Notes: a model not told the origin generated them from the letters alone. A stretch of 64,000 nucleotides of DNA from Bugula neritina (GCA_964035545.1 OZ037769.1:13050633-13114632); one strand, 5' to 3'; positions 12,004 through 26,165 are shown, counted from the first letter of the stretch. Translations and numbers: made by a program.

Positions 12004-13145
12004 CTAGTAGACATATATTTTACATTTATTAACATCTTTATCTGCACATTCCCGAGCTCGGTTGTAGTAGTAAAAGTAGCCATCTGGACGTTTCAGCTTT
12101 TTAACATATCCTGAAGGCCACCAATCAATCTACAAACATTAGATATTTATTACAAAATTCAAGAGAGTTATATTTTTAAGAGGTATATAATTGCCATCCC
12201 TGTGAGAAACCCTGATAAAAAAGGTTAATTTAAAGTGGCTAAGGACTTTTCTATTGCGGCAAAGAAGCAGTTATGACTGGATGCTTTTCCTAACTTCACT
12301 AATGACTTTTACTGAGGTTCAAACCCATGACTCCACGTTTACTATAAGCCAGCACTCTAACCCCTAGATCTCCAGCTGCTCCTATTACAAATTTATCATA
12401 TATTTTCCATATTAGTTATTCATTAGAGATGCATTCAACTGAAATAAATTAGTATTATATACAGCAATAAACATTTATTAAAAATATGTTGAATAAATCA
12501 CTTGGTTTTACAGTGTGAGAGAACATAAAACATTTTTGTCTAGTTCACATGGTAGTACATAGCTTGCTATAGTGATTGGGCATAATCTCAGCAGTACAAC
12601 TTACTTATTAATATTTCATCGATACATAATATTATAATGGACTAGAGTCTAGACTAAGTTTTATATAAATTTAATTTATCTCAATCAAATTGTCACACAT
12701 TTATTGTAACCTTTGGCAATTCTGAAACTTTTATGAGGAAGTAAACACAGATGACCCACAAATTTAAATTAAACACTAACTTAAATACTGGTCTGAAAAT
12801 AAACCGTAACCTACTATTTAATGACACAATAGTCAGTCCTGTACATTTTATCTTCAATTTAACACTTTAACAATGAGTGCACACAAATACCACAAAAAAC
12901 TTAACGTACACTGCCATAGTTACATATTTTTATTTAATTTTTTTTATTTAGTTGTTGAAACTAATGACAACATGATTTCTTCAATTATAGTGAGTTACCC
13001 CAGTTTCTCCATTTTGAGCTGCGTAGTCATGTCTGTCTCTGTATCCGGCTAACTGAAACCTGTAAACTTCCTCTACTTCTTCTGACCATCTCTTTGGACG
13101 ACTCATTGACTTTGGTTTAGGTAAGGCTGGTGTAGCAGCAGCCAT
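12004..13145 (-). CDS. MEIG1: Meiosis expressed gene 1 protein homolog (90 aa, 2 coding exons)
   Basis: Exons 13145-12999 ([37 protein letters not shown]...) and 12129-12004 ([41 protein letters not shown]). Matches the MEIG1 motifs WSEE..YRFQ.AGYRD and GYVKKL..FYYYN..REC.DK.V.K.KIY.Y. Missed by the ORF track. Confidence 0.95.
12186..12382 (-). mobile_element. tRNA-derived SINE (family B) in MEIG1 intron
   Basis: Aligns by eye along its length with 9644-9860 (CCATCCCTGTGAGAAACCC...ATGACTGGATGC...AACCCATGAC...CTCTAACCCCTAGA). Confidence 0.8.
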
Positions 13146-14222
13146 TTTTAACTCTGTTGATATAAACTTAAATTGCTAATGAAAACAAATCCATTAATAC
13201 AACTTGATCAGCTTAAATATTTGATTAGTGTATTAGATAAGGACAAATATTTCAAGTTCATATTCTAACAAGTAAATTTTTAACCTGCATAGGAAGATGA
13301 CAACAATTTTAGCATTTAACATTTAACATTTTAACATTAACTTATATGCCAATCATTAAAAATGCTTTGGTAGAAATTATTACTACGTTTTAAAGAATGG
13401 CAAAAGGTTGGCTTATGGTGATTAAAATGAAATTATAATTAAATATACAACTTTTATTAATTTTGCTGATGAAGTTGTTCTTGGATTCCATATTGACATG
13501 AATATTAAAGTACAACTCCAGAAAACAATCTCAATTATGCAAGTTGTAGCCATGACAATAAAAATCATTTGTATAATAATTCATATAGTTGTTTTTCACT
13601 CATTTTGCTTACATATTTAATTTTGTAATAATAGTAATGACAATAACTATAACTATAAGTATAACCTAAAATTAAGATGAAAACTAGTCAATTTTTTTTG
13701 AACATTCTAATAAAATTTATAATAATAATTTTATTGAAATAATCAAATGAGAATTTGACTCTTGTTCGAGTAATAGTCATAACTTTAATAATTAAAGAGA
13801 TTGATTATAATAAACTATAAACTTGTATAATTAACTCAAATTTATGCTGATATTGTTATATATAAAGATAGTTAAATACTGATGACAAATAACAATCAAT
13901 TTCATATTTTAATTTATTGATAATTTATTAAAAATTTTTGATATTCATATTGATATTAAATTTTATGTTGAGGTTGTTATTGAAGTGACTACTTCTACCT
14001 CTACTTGTCGTTGAATAGTTATAATAATGATTCACATAAGTGGCAATCACAAAATACGGTTAGGTGACTAAATAATTATATCATTTTATAATATAAGCAA
14101 ATAACAATAAATTTAACGTTTCATTTTCATTTCTAAAGTGAGAACAATTAGCTAATTTGAAAAAACAACAATCTTATTATTCCTATGAAAACAAGTACAT
14201 ACGCTATGCAGGACGCGATGAT

Positions 14223-14348
14223 GTCTCTATAGTAACGTCAGAGAGCAGCAAATCGGCTACACCACTACATTTGCCTGTTATAAAATCCTTGACCCACATT
14301 ATTTTAACTCCTAGTCTCGCGTGATCAGGGTTTCGTTACTATAGTGAG
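14223..14348. promoter_or_regulatory. Two RFX X-boxes in the MEIG1/CFAP221 bidirectional promoter
   Basis: GTCTCTATAGTAAC (14223-14236) fits GTHNYY-AT-RRNAAC exactly. GTTACTATAGTGAG (14335-14348) has one terminal mismatch. They lie between two divergent cilia/flagella genes. Confidence 0.7.
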
Positions 14349-14491
14349 TTATTCAACATGGAGGAAGATGTACTTCTTTTTCAATGATATAGTATTATGA
14401 TTCACAAGCCAATAGTCGCTAATATCTATTGATAGTTAGCTACTAAACGTTATTGACTTTAATAGTAAAAGACTCCATTTTAAATAAAAAC

Positions 14492-17400
14492 ATGGCTTTG
14501 CAAGAAGCTGCACCTTTTATCGAAACTTTTCAGTTTGTGGAACCTAAATCAACATCGAAGTCAAAATCCATCAGCAAGGCTGTGGTACCGAATCATTTAC
14601 TCAGCTCAAGTAAGTATAGGCTAAATTCAATAATGCTTTAACAAATTTTGCGTTAAAAGTAATGTTAAAATTTTAAGTAAAATTCAAAAGTTCAGAAAAA
14701 ACGAAGGGCTCCCACTTTCACTGATTAGTGATAACCTGCACTCAGTGACTCACACTGACAACCGCACTGTGACTATGACTTACTGAAACAGTGGCTGCAA
14801 ATTACAGCTGTGTCATGCAATGTTTATGTTTTACTATGTTGCTGCAATATGATAAAAATAGGCCTGCTGGTATTAGAGATTAAATCATTATAGCACCAGT
14901 AAGTTTTAGCTGTAGTACCTCACATGTAAGTACACCTAAAACGGCTGTTTATATAATCTTAGTACATTAATTAGTCAGCCGTTGTTTTTACAATTTGATT
15001 AATAGTGTAGTCAATAAAATTTCACTCTATACTCTTAGGTACAATTGAAACTTTACCTTATTTTCTTTATTATACTAAAATGTGTAGCTAAATGATAACT
15101 TGACTATTAGTTTTTCTAAACCAAATTAGTCTACATATAATATGCTTTATGGCTCAAAGTGATCTGTAGTTTTAGTTTGTTTATTACAAATAAGAATTTT
15201 AGTTATTAAATACAAATTCAGTAAACAAGAAATTATTGGAAAAGTGAAACAAGCATGTAAATCATTTTGCATAGAATCTAATTAACCTTTCAATGATGGT
15301 TGATAAATTAGAATCTCAGGTTAGTAAAATTATGGTGGTAGTCTTTTAATATAATATATATAATATAATATACATTTTCTTTTTCTTAGAAATATATACC
15401 AAAGTGCAGCAAAATGCTGCTATCAAGGCAACGCCTGCCATTGTTCATTTCGAGGGCATGGAGATTGGAAAGACAGTGCAGCAAGTCATCTCATTATGCA
15501 ATGTGGCAAGAGAAGTGGTTAGACTGCATATTATACCTCCACAAACGAGGCATTTCAATATAAAATATACTAAAAGTGAGAGACTAGTTCCAGGCATGAC
15601 AATGAATTGTATAGTGGAGTTCACACCTGAAGATTATAGATACTACTATGACTCAATACGAATTCATACACCAGTGAGTATAGACTGAGATCTTGATTTA
15701 CTTGTTACTAGCCTTAAATATGCTTGTATGTATGTCTCACACACTTGTAGACTACTTTACCAAAACTATTAGTTTGAATGTGAAATTTTATATAAAATAT
15801 TCAATATTAGTTCATGCTGCTTTTTTGTCCTATTTTAAAATTGGACGAATTAAAAAAATCAAATTCTATTTTAATTATCAAAAGCAATATGTTAGCTATT
15901 ATTTAATTAACATTTTTTATACTACAACATAAATTTAGTAGATGCCTAATTTTGCAATATTTCATTTAGTTATTACAAAAAATATTGTAAAAATTCTTTT
16001 ACACATCTTGTAGGAAATATTTTTCTAGTCTACTAACAATTAGCAAAACCATCATTTTACAAAATATATCTCTTGTGCTGCTCACAGGGAGAAGATAACA
16101 TAATAATTCCAATTCATGCTTACCCTGTGATGGACAGTTCAGAGTTTCCTTCACAACTCAAGTTCCCAAACACAGTGATTGGCGAGAGGCAAGTCAAACT
16201 TATATCTTTTGCATTCCATTTTAAAACAACGACTTTACTTTTTAGCCTGAGCTGATCTGATTGCTCCGGTAGCTCAATAATTTAAATATTTAACTGAATG
16301 GTTTTAGTTTTGTGAATGAATTGTATATTATTGTGTTTTTAGGCAATCTCACTCTTTTTCTCTACACTGTCGAATACCTGTTGATTTTGAGTTTCAACTG
16401 GCAAAGCTACAGGATGACGAGGCTTTTACCGTGACTCCATTATCAGGTAAGATTCTGCTTCATGGTGTGAACTGATATTTTAGTAAATTTTACCTAAAAT
16501 ATTATAATATTTAGTTGAGAAAAATTTGTTTAGTCCATAATACAATTAATGGTATTTAAAAACAGTATATATTATGTGAATACTTGAATGTTTCATCACA
16601 TTAGTTATGCATTACAATTGCTTGAAACAATTTACTTCCAATGTTCGGAGTAGCCTTTACACTGTAGAGTTGTCCTCACTTTGTTGCAGGCGTTGTACCA
16701 GCAAATGGCTCAACCACAGTATACATACACTACCAGCCTATCAGCTACTGCACATCTATCATGAAACTCCAACTAGATATCTCACAGTTCAACTGTAAGC
16801 CAATGGTGTGCACTGTAACAGGATACTGTCAACCGGGTCTGAATGCCGTGTAAGTGTTATACTGATATGTTATTCTGCTATAGTAGAAATTCATTATAAA
16901 ACTGTATGAAAAATTTAGCCATTTCCTACATTTAAAGACCAAAGTTGGTTTTTAAGCAAAATTATTTTTGTTGATTTGCAATATTAGTAGTAGAATGAAA
17001 TGCATAAATGGTCTAGTTTGCTTATATATAATATTATGATTTGTTTCACTAAGTAGTGTTAAGAATATGTTGTGTTTACAAAATATCTGCTTGTTTACAG
17101 AAAACCTGCTGTCATTGTTCAGACTCCTCTCCACAAGAGCAGGGTGTCGTCTCCTCTTGAACGAAGTCGGCAGAAGAAATTACTGTCGAGAAAGTCTACT
17201 AAAGCTCTTCCAGAAGAACAAAACCTCAAACAGAAAAGAATTGTAAGCGGAGTTACTTTCCCATAAACAAGTAGTCTGCTGTTTATTATCTTAATCACCT
17301 ATGTGTTATTGCAGTTTCGTTTGTCTATATATAGCATTTTATGCAAGATTATGTCAAAACAGTTCTTGTAGTAAAAGGCTTTATGCTTATTGCACCGCAT

Positions 17401-20400
17401 TACTAGCAATGGAAAGCACACTATGTCCTCTACACCAGTTTTGATTGGGTAGAACGTGAAATAATAAAACAATTTGTCTATATTTTATATCATCATGCAC
17501 TTCTATAGGTGCAGCAATTGCAAGCATTTGTGTTTTATTTTGTTAGATTGACGGGATTAGAATTCCAGATAAAATTGAAACTGTTCACCACGTCTCAAAT
17601 ATTCTTCTACAAAAACCAGGAAAGATGACTCTAAAAGAGCTGATAGAAGCGGAGAAATCTGTGAGTGGCAGACAGATGAAAGAGAACAGGTAAATATTTA
17701 CCAAAGTCCCGAAAAGTGTTGCTTTGTTTTTGGTAATGACATCAAAAATACCCAAGTCCTAAAAATTAATATCACTTTGGTTTTGATACAATTTTTATTT
17801 TCGCTTCAGTTTGACAACTAATTTTAGAACTTTTAAATTTTTTATTAAGAGATTGAAGAGTTTAGTTGATTTTTAATTTAATTATTCACCAGATTTGAGC
17901 AAGCCGTGAGGAAGAACGTGTATGAAGAACGGCAGAATCAGTTACGCTGGCAGGTAAAGATCGGTGACACAGCTATGAAGCCCCAGGACAAGGCAAAGAT
18001 AGTTTCTGAGAGACAGCATTCCTGGGCCATCTATCGGGTATGTATTCCTAACTTTCGCCTCAAAGAGTTTTGATATAGCATTACCTGCTTCTTGGGGACA
18101 TCAGTGTATAGTGAGGAAGGGCGAGGGGTAGTGTTGTATCTGATTTTAGTCAATGTATCATAGAGTTTTAGTATTCATGGAGTTATTAATTAGATTATAT
18201 CCTTATAAGCTAGAACAAACATAGAAGGGAGTGAGGGTCAGTCTATATGACCACCATTTGGCTCACTTATACTTATGAGTTGTCCGCTCTAACTTTCTCT
18301 TAACTTTCTTGTTTCAATAGTAATTTGTGTGTAAGGTGTTAAATATATCTATAGACATGTTATTGTTGTAGTCACTCGAAATTGTTATTAACATCTGTAG
18401 ATTGTGTAAAAATGAAAAAAAAGATTTTTTTTTTTTAAATTATAAGTAGGTGACTATTTTTAAATTATATGAGAAGATAGTTTAAGGTGCATGTAGTCGT
18501 TTGTAATCTTGGAGTCCTGTTTGCTGTAGTTCCATAATACTAGATGATCAGTTAGTAGGGGACGCATACCTTTTGCCTCTCTAGCAGTCTTGTTCCTATT
18601 TATAGGAACTGAGAGGAGATCCAACTCCGTCTGAAGAGAGAAGACGGACTGAGACTGAGTCACTTTGGAGAAGAACTCTGCGAGATGCATCACAGGTACC
18701 TCTAGAGTGTTTACTATTACCTCTAGAGTGTTTACTATTACTTCTAGAGTGTTTATTATTACCTGTATAGTGTTTACTATTACCTATACAGTGTTTATTA
18801 TTACCTGTATAGTGTTTACTATTACCTCTAGAGTGTTTACTATTACCTGTAGAGTGTTTACTATTATCTCTCTAAAGTGTTTACTATTACCTCTAGAGTG
18901 CTTTTTATTACCTATATAGTGTTTACTATTACCTATATAGTGCTTAATATTACCTATACAGTGTTTATTATTACCTGTATATTGTTTATTATTTACCATA
19001 ACTTATTTATAAACCTTACTAATATTATATACTTGCAGCAAAAGCATAATTTTCCAAAGTTGGTTAAATTTGCAAGTATTTTAGCTGATTACTGGAAAGT
19101 GTAAAATGTAGCAGACTTTTTGGAGAATAACCAAATATTTTGTTACTAAAATAATATTTTACCGGTTGCTTCATTTTTAGCTGGCAGAGGAAGGAATACA
19201 GTTTGACTTGTATACGAACAACCCCTGGTCCACCCGTCATAGCGCCACAGATAAGTTTACCCAGGCAGCCAGGAAGGTACTCAGTCTATTTATCTTTACT
19301 CTGCTACCATAGCTTCAGAATCCTAATAAATTACGTCTGAAATTTAGAATTCTCACTACAATTGTTTTCGATTTAATCATCTAGATAATTATGAGAAATC
19401 GGGCTAAGAAGAATCTGAAGCAGCTAAATGGTTTCCTCAAGAACTGGAACAAGAAGCAAGAGATGCTGGAAGGAGGGCAGGGCGAGACATCGTGTGGTAA
19501 ACAAGCTGTGAAACGCGTGCCAGTTATAGGTTAATTATTTACTAATGCTTTCTAGTCGCATCACTATTTTACACGGGCCTGACAGGCAAGTAGAGAGTGA
19601 ATACACAGACACGAGTGGGTTTAGAGTGAATACACACTGAATTGTTTGCATGTTACACACAAAAGGCACCTATACTTGGTGCTCGGTTTGCTTGCTGGAG
19701 TGTTGAATAGCTCTCTATCACAGAGTACTAATCCAATAACTCTTAATCCTCCCTAAAGACCAAGTCTTGTGAATAACTTGATGACATGGAATTAAAAAGT
19801 TTGTGGGTTGAAAAGTTCATGGTTTTTGACAATTGACTAGAAAACTAAATTTAAATTAATGAAACGTATAAGAGCACACTGATTAAAACACCTCCAGTTT
19901 AACCTTCAAAAAATAAAGAAAATTCTCTTTTTTCTCCACACACTATGCACTAGCTATGCAATGTACAATATATTTTATTTGCTTTGAAGTAGCATGTTAA
20001 GTAATAGAATAGCATGATGTAGAAGCTGTAATGCATGCTGCAGTAGTATACACAGATATATTAGTGTTGTAGTGTATACATTGCATAGTATATAGAACAT
20101 GATCTCTATAGTACCCTCTGTCAGTGAGTATCTACTCTGTGTGCTGTAGACCCTGAAGAGGAAGATATCTCTGACACATCAACCATTAAGCTCCGCCCCA
20201 TATTAGCATCCACCAAAGTAGTTCACGCGAAATACCCGTTTTTTGTACCTCCTAACAAGAAAGACGAACTGGCGCCAGACGCGCTGAACGAAGTAGTCAC
20301 TTATGAGACTGACATAGACTTGGGAGTCAAAACTCCTTTCTTTGATCTACAAGTGCCTGCTCAGTCCAGACTCATGGGGTACAATGATCACGAAATACAC

Positions 20401-23400
20401 TTGGGCTATGACTATGTAGAACCTGTGCTAGCTCGATCTCTACGTACTGGTGCCCAGGTGAGACACATACTTGCTCTTAGAAGTCATGAGTGAACTGTTA
20501 TTGTTACATAAAAGGAGTAGGCGTGGTCTAGTGGCTAGAGCACTGGCTCAGTAAGCTCTAGTCTCAGCAGGGCTAATGTTGTGATACACACCAAGTCCTG
20601 GAAATATTGCAATTCATGTTTTATTACACTTATTAGTTTGATTTTTAGAAGTTGTCTTCTCAAATATTAGCGGCACACTGACAAGTTGCTGCTTCTTAGG
20701 TTTAAAATTAACCTTGTTTTCTAAAATATGAATTTAAACAGATAAGGCAGAATTATTACTACCTATCATGTAGTCTGAGAAACTGCTGCGCTGTAGCCCA
20801 GATACATACAGATATTAGTGAAGTTTAATATATTTTACTAATAATTTGCTTTTTATGGAGTTGTCTTCCTATGGGGGTTTTTTCTGTAATGTCAACTAAG
20901 AGAATGTTTTTGGCCTTTCTATTGGAAGTACAACTCCTCATCAAATCCTTACTTTTAGAATAAAAAAAGGAAAATATTCTAAAACTTGTCCCCATGCGAT
21001 TAGCTTGTAAATAGCTTGAATATAATTCATCAGTGGTGAATTGAAAAATTATAGGTAAAAAATCCCTTATTGTATTTTAAATTTATTTTGAGATACATAA
21101 TTTCAAAACATCCATATGTTTACATGTGGAGTTATCTTCTTGTAATTAGAAAACTTTTCATCTACCTTCAAGTAAGTATATGTACCAACGACCCAGGTTT
21201 TACTATAGCACTACATTTAACTGCGGGCTGTGTAATAACCTGCCCCATACTTTCAGGATGAAATTGTGAACTTAGTGAAGCCTCACGAGGCAGTTGCAAG
21301 TCGGTCTGAAGTTCTTAGTAAGTCAGCGAATGGTGAGAACAAGAAAGAATCTTCCAGAAGAGTCACCTCACTGAGAGTTGAAGATCTCGAGGAACATGAA
21401 GCAGAAAAGTCTGACATGAAGAAGGGCGGGGTGACTACCGCCCTCACCCCACCCGAAGCTATGTTCAAACCTATAGAGTACCCTCCGCTACACATCTTTG
21501 TAAGTGCAGACGTACTAATTTTTATTCATTCATTATTTCAGAAAGCTTCTTTTTTATCCCAGATTCTGAAATTTTCGTTTCAGTTTTCAAAGTTGCTTTT
21601 ATAAATGAAGAAGTAACTGCAAATATGAACAGTTTTTATAATGTTTTTGAGTTACTTTCCGCAGTAATAGAGCTATTTTCAAAGCTTAGTTAAAACAAGT
21701 TAGGGGAGATTACTCTCGATTTGATTTTATCTTAGTAAGTTTCACCCATATAAAATACATAGTGTAGCTGATAATCAAATGCCAATTAATTTTGACAATA
21801 GAATTTATTAGGTCTGTAAATCTCTTCAAATGTGTTTTCCTTAATTTAATTTAATTGAATTATCTAAAAGGCAATGCATTAGGAACATACTGCTAGACTT
21901 TGAATGGTGAAACTGCAAAGAGTTTTATGCACACAAGAGCAATCCATGTAGTGTGCTATTTGTTTACCTGCAGAATGCAACTCCTGGACTACAAGTTTTC
22001 AAATCCCCAGTAGCGTATGCCGAAGTTGACTCGGACTACCACCTCTGCCCGTTACCGAAGTACACTTTACAACCAGTTGAACCATCGCAACATAAGAGCA
22101 CACAGAAAGAGTTCCTAGACAGGGAGGTTAGTGTATAGCCCTAGAGCTAGGGGCTAACAAAGGGGGACATGTGCATGCAACTACTGTAAACTCCAACATT
22201 AGGAAAGCATTCCTTGTGAGATTAAGTTTAATTTAAGTAGCATTGGGAGTGCTAAGTTGGAATCTTTCCATAAGCAGCTCCGAGTTGGGGGTGACTGAGT
22301 GCAGTAGTTTAGGGTTCTGTGTTTAGGCTTGGGGGCTCAAAGTATCATCCCAAACCCCCAACTTTAAACTGGAGAACCCGAAACTACTGCACTCAATCAC
22401 CGCCAACTCAGATATAGATGATTCCGCTAAGTAGAGCGGAATGCAACTTTCTCTGTGGCAGCTGCTATTGGATAGAAATATATGCTAATCAGGTCGATTC
22501 ATGTGACTAATTGCTCTCTCATAATATATTGGCTGTGCGTTTTTTACAGGACGTTATTAAAGGTACAATGACATGGAAGAAATTTCCCTCACAAGGTTTA
22601 ACATCTTTGTCTAATGTACCAACTCTCTCCAACGTGTGGGTGCCTCGATGGAACGACCCCTTTAGTGATGACCTTCTGCCACTTGAGGTTCCAAGTCTAC
22701 AATCTGGTTTGGCAGAAGAAGATGTTTTAGAACAGTATGTTAAGTCATACATAGTATAGTTGTTGAGTCATACATGGTATAGTATAGTTGAGTCATACAT
22801 GGTATAGTTGTTGAGTCATACATGGTATAGTTGTTGAGACATACATGGTATAGTTGTTGAATCATACGTGGTATAGTTGTTGAGTCATACATAGTATAGT
22901 TGTTGAGTCATACATGGTATAGTTGTTGAGTCATACATGGTATAGTTGTTGAGTCATACATGGTATAGTTGTCGAGTCATACATGGTATAGCTGTTGAGT
23001 CATACATGGTATAGTTGTTGAGTCATACATGGTATAGTTGTTAAGTCATACATAGTATAGTTGTTGAGTCATACATGGTATAGTTGTTGAGTCATACATG
23101 GTATAGTTGTTAAGTCATACATGGTATAGTTGTTAAGTCATACATGGTATAGTTGTTGAGTCATACATGGTATAGTATAGTTGAGACATACATGGTATAG
23201 TTGTTGAATCATACGTGGTATAGTTGTTGAGTCATACATAGTATAGTTGTTGAGTCATACATGGTATAGTTGTTGAGTCATACATGGTATAGTTGTTGAG
23301 TCATACATGGTATAGTTGTCGAGTCATACATGGTATAGCTGTTGAGTCATACATGGTATAGTTGTTGAGTCATACATGGTATAGTTGTTAAGTCATACAT

Positions 23401-24473
23401 AGTATAGTTGTTGAGTCATACATGGTATAGTTGTTGAGTCATACATGGTATAGTTGTTAAGTCATACATGGTATAGTTGTTAAGTCATACATAGTATAGT
23501 TGTTGAGTCATACATAGTATAGTTGTTGAGTCATACATAGTATAGTTGTTGAGTCATACATACGTTGTATAGTTGTAGGGATTGTTACACGCCTACCCAA
23601 TCTTTCTCATACATGTCATGTGATCACATAGTAGGCTACAGAAATAGGTGTTGTAGGCGTTGTGTACTGTATAACTCTAGCTGAGACTATAGTCTTGCAG
23701 GCTACTTGGAAAGTTTTATCAGATATATTTAAAAGATTGGAGTTATGTCTCTTGCTTTGAATTGTGAGTTAATTATCCCAATTGTGATCACCGCAAAAGT
23801 ATTTTAATGTCCAAAAAATATTATACTGAAATATATAGATTGAACTTTATTTTGTATTTCAATTTGAAATATAATTTAATTTTACGAAAATAAATACTTG
23901 CTGAAGCTGTTAAAACTGCACACATGACTTGATATGTAATCATACGACTAGCTATAAGCTGTGATATATTCATAGTATGGATGAAGAAGGCGATGACATG
24001 GCGAATATAGTTCTGACCCCCGACATGGTAGCTGTACAGTTTGATACGTTGTCTACCGTCCCCACTCATCAGTCCAGCTCAGATGAAAAACAACTACAGA
24101 GGTACTTGTTGTTATTCTATATCTTCTGGCATTGTTTCGTTGCGTGTATTGTGTAGCTTGTTGTGGCATAGCATATAGTGAAATGCTAGTTTTAGGCCTT
24201 TAAACCTCCTAAAATTATAAGACAAGCCTTCGACAGTTGATGTTGATATTCTGATTATGCTGTTTATATTCCAGCGATCACTTTCCCAATGGCAATAAGA
24301 TGCCAACCACTTACCTGCCAGTGTCAAGTTCTGGCCCAGTTCCAAGAGAGCAAAGAGAGCAAGAGTTAGACCAGTTTATATCTCGCAGGTCAAATAGACT
24401 TGGGCAGAGGATTCACTCTAAGTTGACTCTACTAAATAATCAGACTACAAGGGATGATCTAGTTTTACAATGA
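14492..24473 (+). CDS. CFAP221: Cilia- and flagella-associated protein 221 (PCDP1), ~902 aa, 17 exons
   Basis: Exons 14492-14609, 15390-15673, 16088-16188 (GC donor), 16343-16446, 16690-16849, 17101-17242, 17547-17689, 17893-18037, 18606-18695, 19181-19276, 19385-19496, 20150-20457, 21257-21499, 21974-22126, 22550-22734, 23976-24101, 24275-24473, all in phase. Motifs VPNHLL, HIIPPQT..F, LVPG, YRYYYD.IR.H, PIHAYPVM, PVDFEF and ISQFN match CFAP221. Confidence 0.93.
18697..18995. repeat. 21-bp minisatellite (TACCTCTAGAGTGTTTACTAT), ~14 copies
   Basis: Direct reading. Begins at the CFAP221 splice donor at 18696. Confidence 0.95.
20513..20556 (+). mobile_element. SINE family B 5' head fragment
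   Basis: GGAGTAGGCGTGGTCTAGTGGCTAGAGCACTGGC resembles the head of the family B copies. Confidence 0.5.
22276..22410. mobile_element. ~135-bp foldback MITE-like element (family D)
   Basis: Arms GAGTTGGGGGTGACTGAGTGCAGTAGTTT / AAACTACTGCACTCAATCACCGCCAACTC. Second copy at 46776-46911 and a partial copy near 2110-2135. Confidence 0.75.
22737..23575. repeat. 23-bp minisatellite (TGTTGAGTCATACATGGTATAGT), ~36 copies with a 347-bp higher-order duplication
   Basis: Direct reading. Rare variants (GAGAC, AATCATACGTG, GTCGAG, GCTGTT) recur in the same order 347 bp apart (22861 vs 23208). Starts at the donor at 22735. Confidence 0.95.
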
Positions 24474-25110
24474 TTTCACTGAAATGTGTTATTCTAATTT
24501 GAAGACAAACTTATGCAGTGTTATTTATTTACTGTAGATGACTATTTTATAAAGAAATTATAGTATTCTATAGAGAAGTAGTTTACTTCTTTACAATTAA
24601 ATTATATTTTACATTGAGCTACAACAGAGTTCCATCTTTCAACATAAACTTTTTTGAACATTAAAATACTTTCACAATTCAAAACTTAATGAATCATATT
24701 TATATGTTGGAGAGTTGTTTTACTATTTTCACATAATATATTTATGAATACCTGAAATAAAAATTGACAAGACAATCCACCAGATGACAAAAAAGCCAGT
24801 GTCAGTTTAAAAGGCTGTACAACTACATGACACCCTCGCCCTAAGAATGCTGTAGCATAATTGTCACATGCATTAACTTTATTGATATATATGCGGATTG
24901 AGCTTTACTTCATAAGTATGATACAACATAACTATGATGAAATCAAACGCAACTGGTTAACCCTCACTAATAACCGAAAAATTACTAGTGTAGAATAATT
25001 GTGAGTGTAATTAAATTAAATTTCAACACAAAATTAAATTAACCTTTTCACTTGAAATTTAGCAACTATAATAGCAAGATGCACATGAACAAACTCTCAT
25101 TAACATTGGT

Positions 25111-25126
25111 GGCCCTGAAAAGGGCC
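25111..25126 (-). terminator. Histone 3' stem-loop (H3)
   Basis: GGCCCTTTTCAGGGCC on the minus strand, followed by ACCA and the purine-rich ATGAGAG. Confidence 0.95.
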
Positions 25127-25154
25127 GTTGGGTTTAGGGTTTGGAAGTTTAGAC

Positions 25155-25592
<438 letters not shown>

Positions 25593-25708
25593 TCAAACGC
25601 ATTGGTTTATATACAAAAGTGCTACTGTAGCGTTTTGTCTATTGGTTTATTAATATATAGGTCAACTACTTTATGTTTCAAAATAGAATAATAAATGAAG
25701 CTCATTTA

Positions 25709-25759
25709 AAAACGGACGTCTTAGTGCATACGCGTCTCATGTACTAAGACGTCCGTTTT
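25709..25759. promoter_or_regulatory. 21-bp-arm inverted repeat in the H3/H4 divergent promoter (two copies of AAGACGTCCGTTT)
   Basis: AAAACGGACGTCTTAGTGCAT - 9 nt - ATGTACTAAGACGTCCGTTTT with one mismatch. The same 13-mer occurs at 27141-27153. Confidence 0.75.
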
Positions 25760-25810
25760 GTGCAAATATTAACAAATGCTTGTATTCAAGGTTATCATTC
25801 GCTTTAGTAA

Positions 25811-26140
<330 letters not shown>

Positions 26141-26165
26141 ACTACCCTCACCATTTTAACCCAAC

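Noticed and set aside
18665-19104. Repetitive ORFs (TSRVFTI etc.), and likewise 45037-45240 and 49462-49796
   Set aside because: They are read through intronic tandem repeats.
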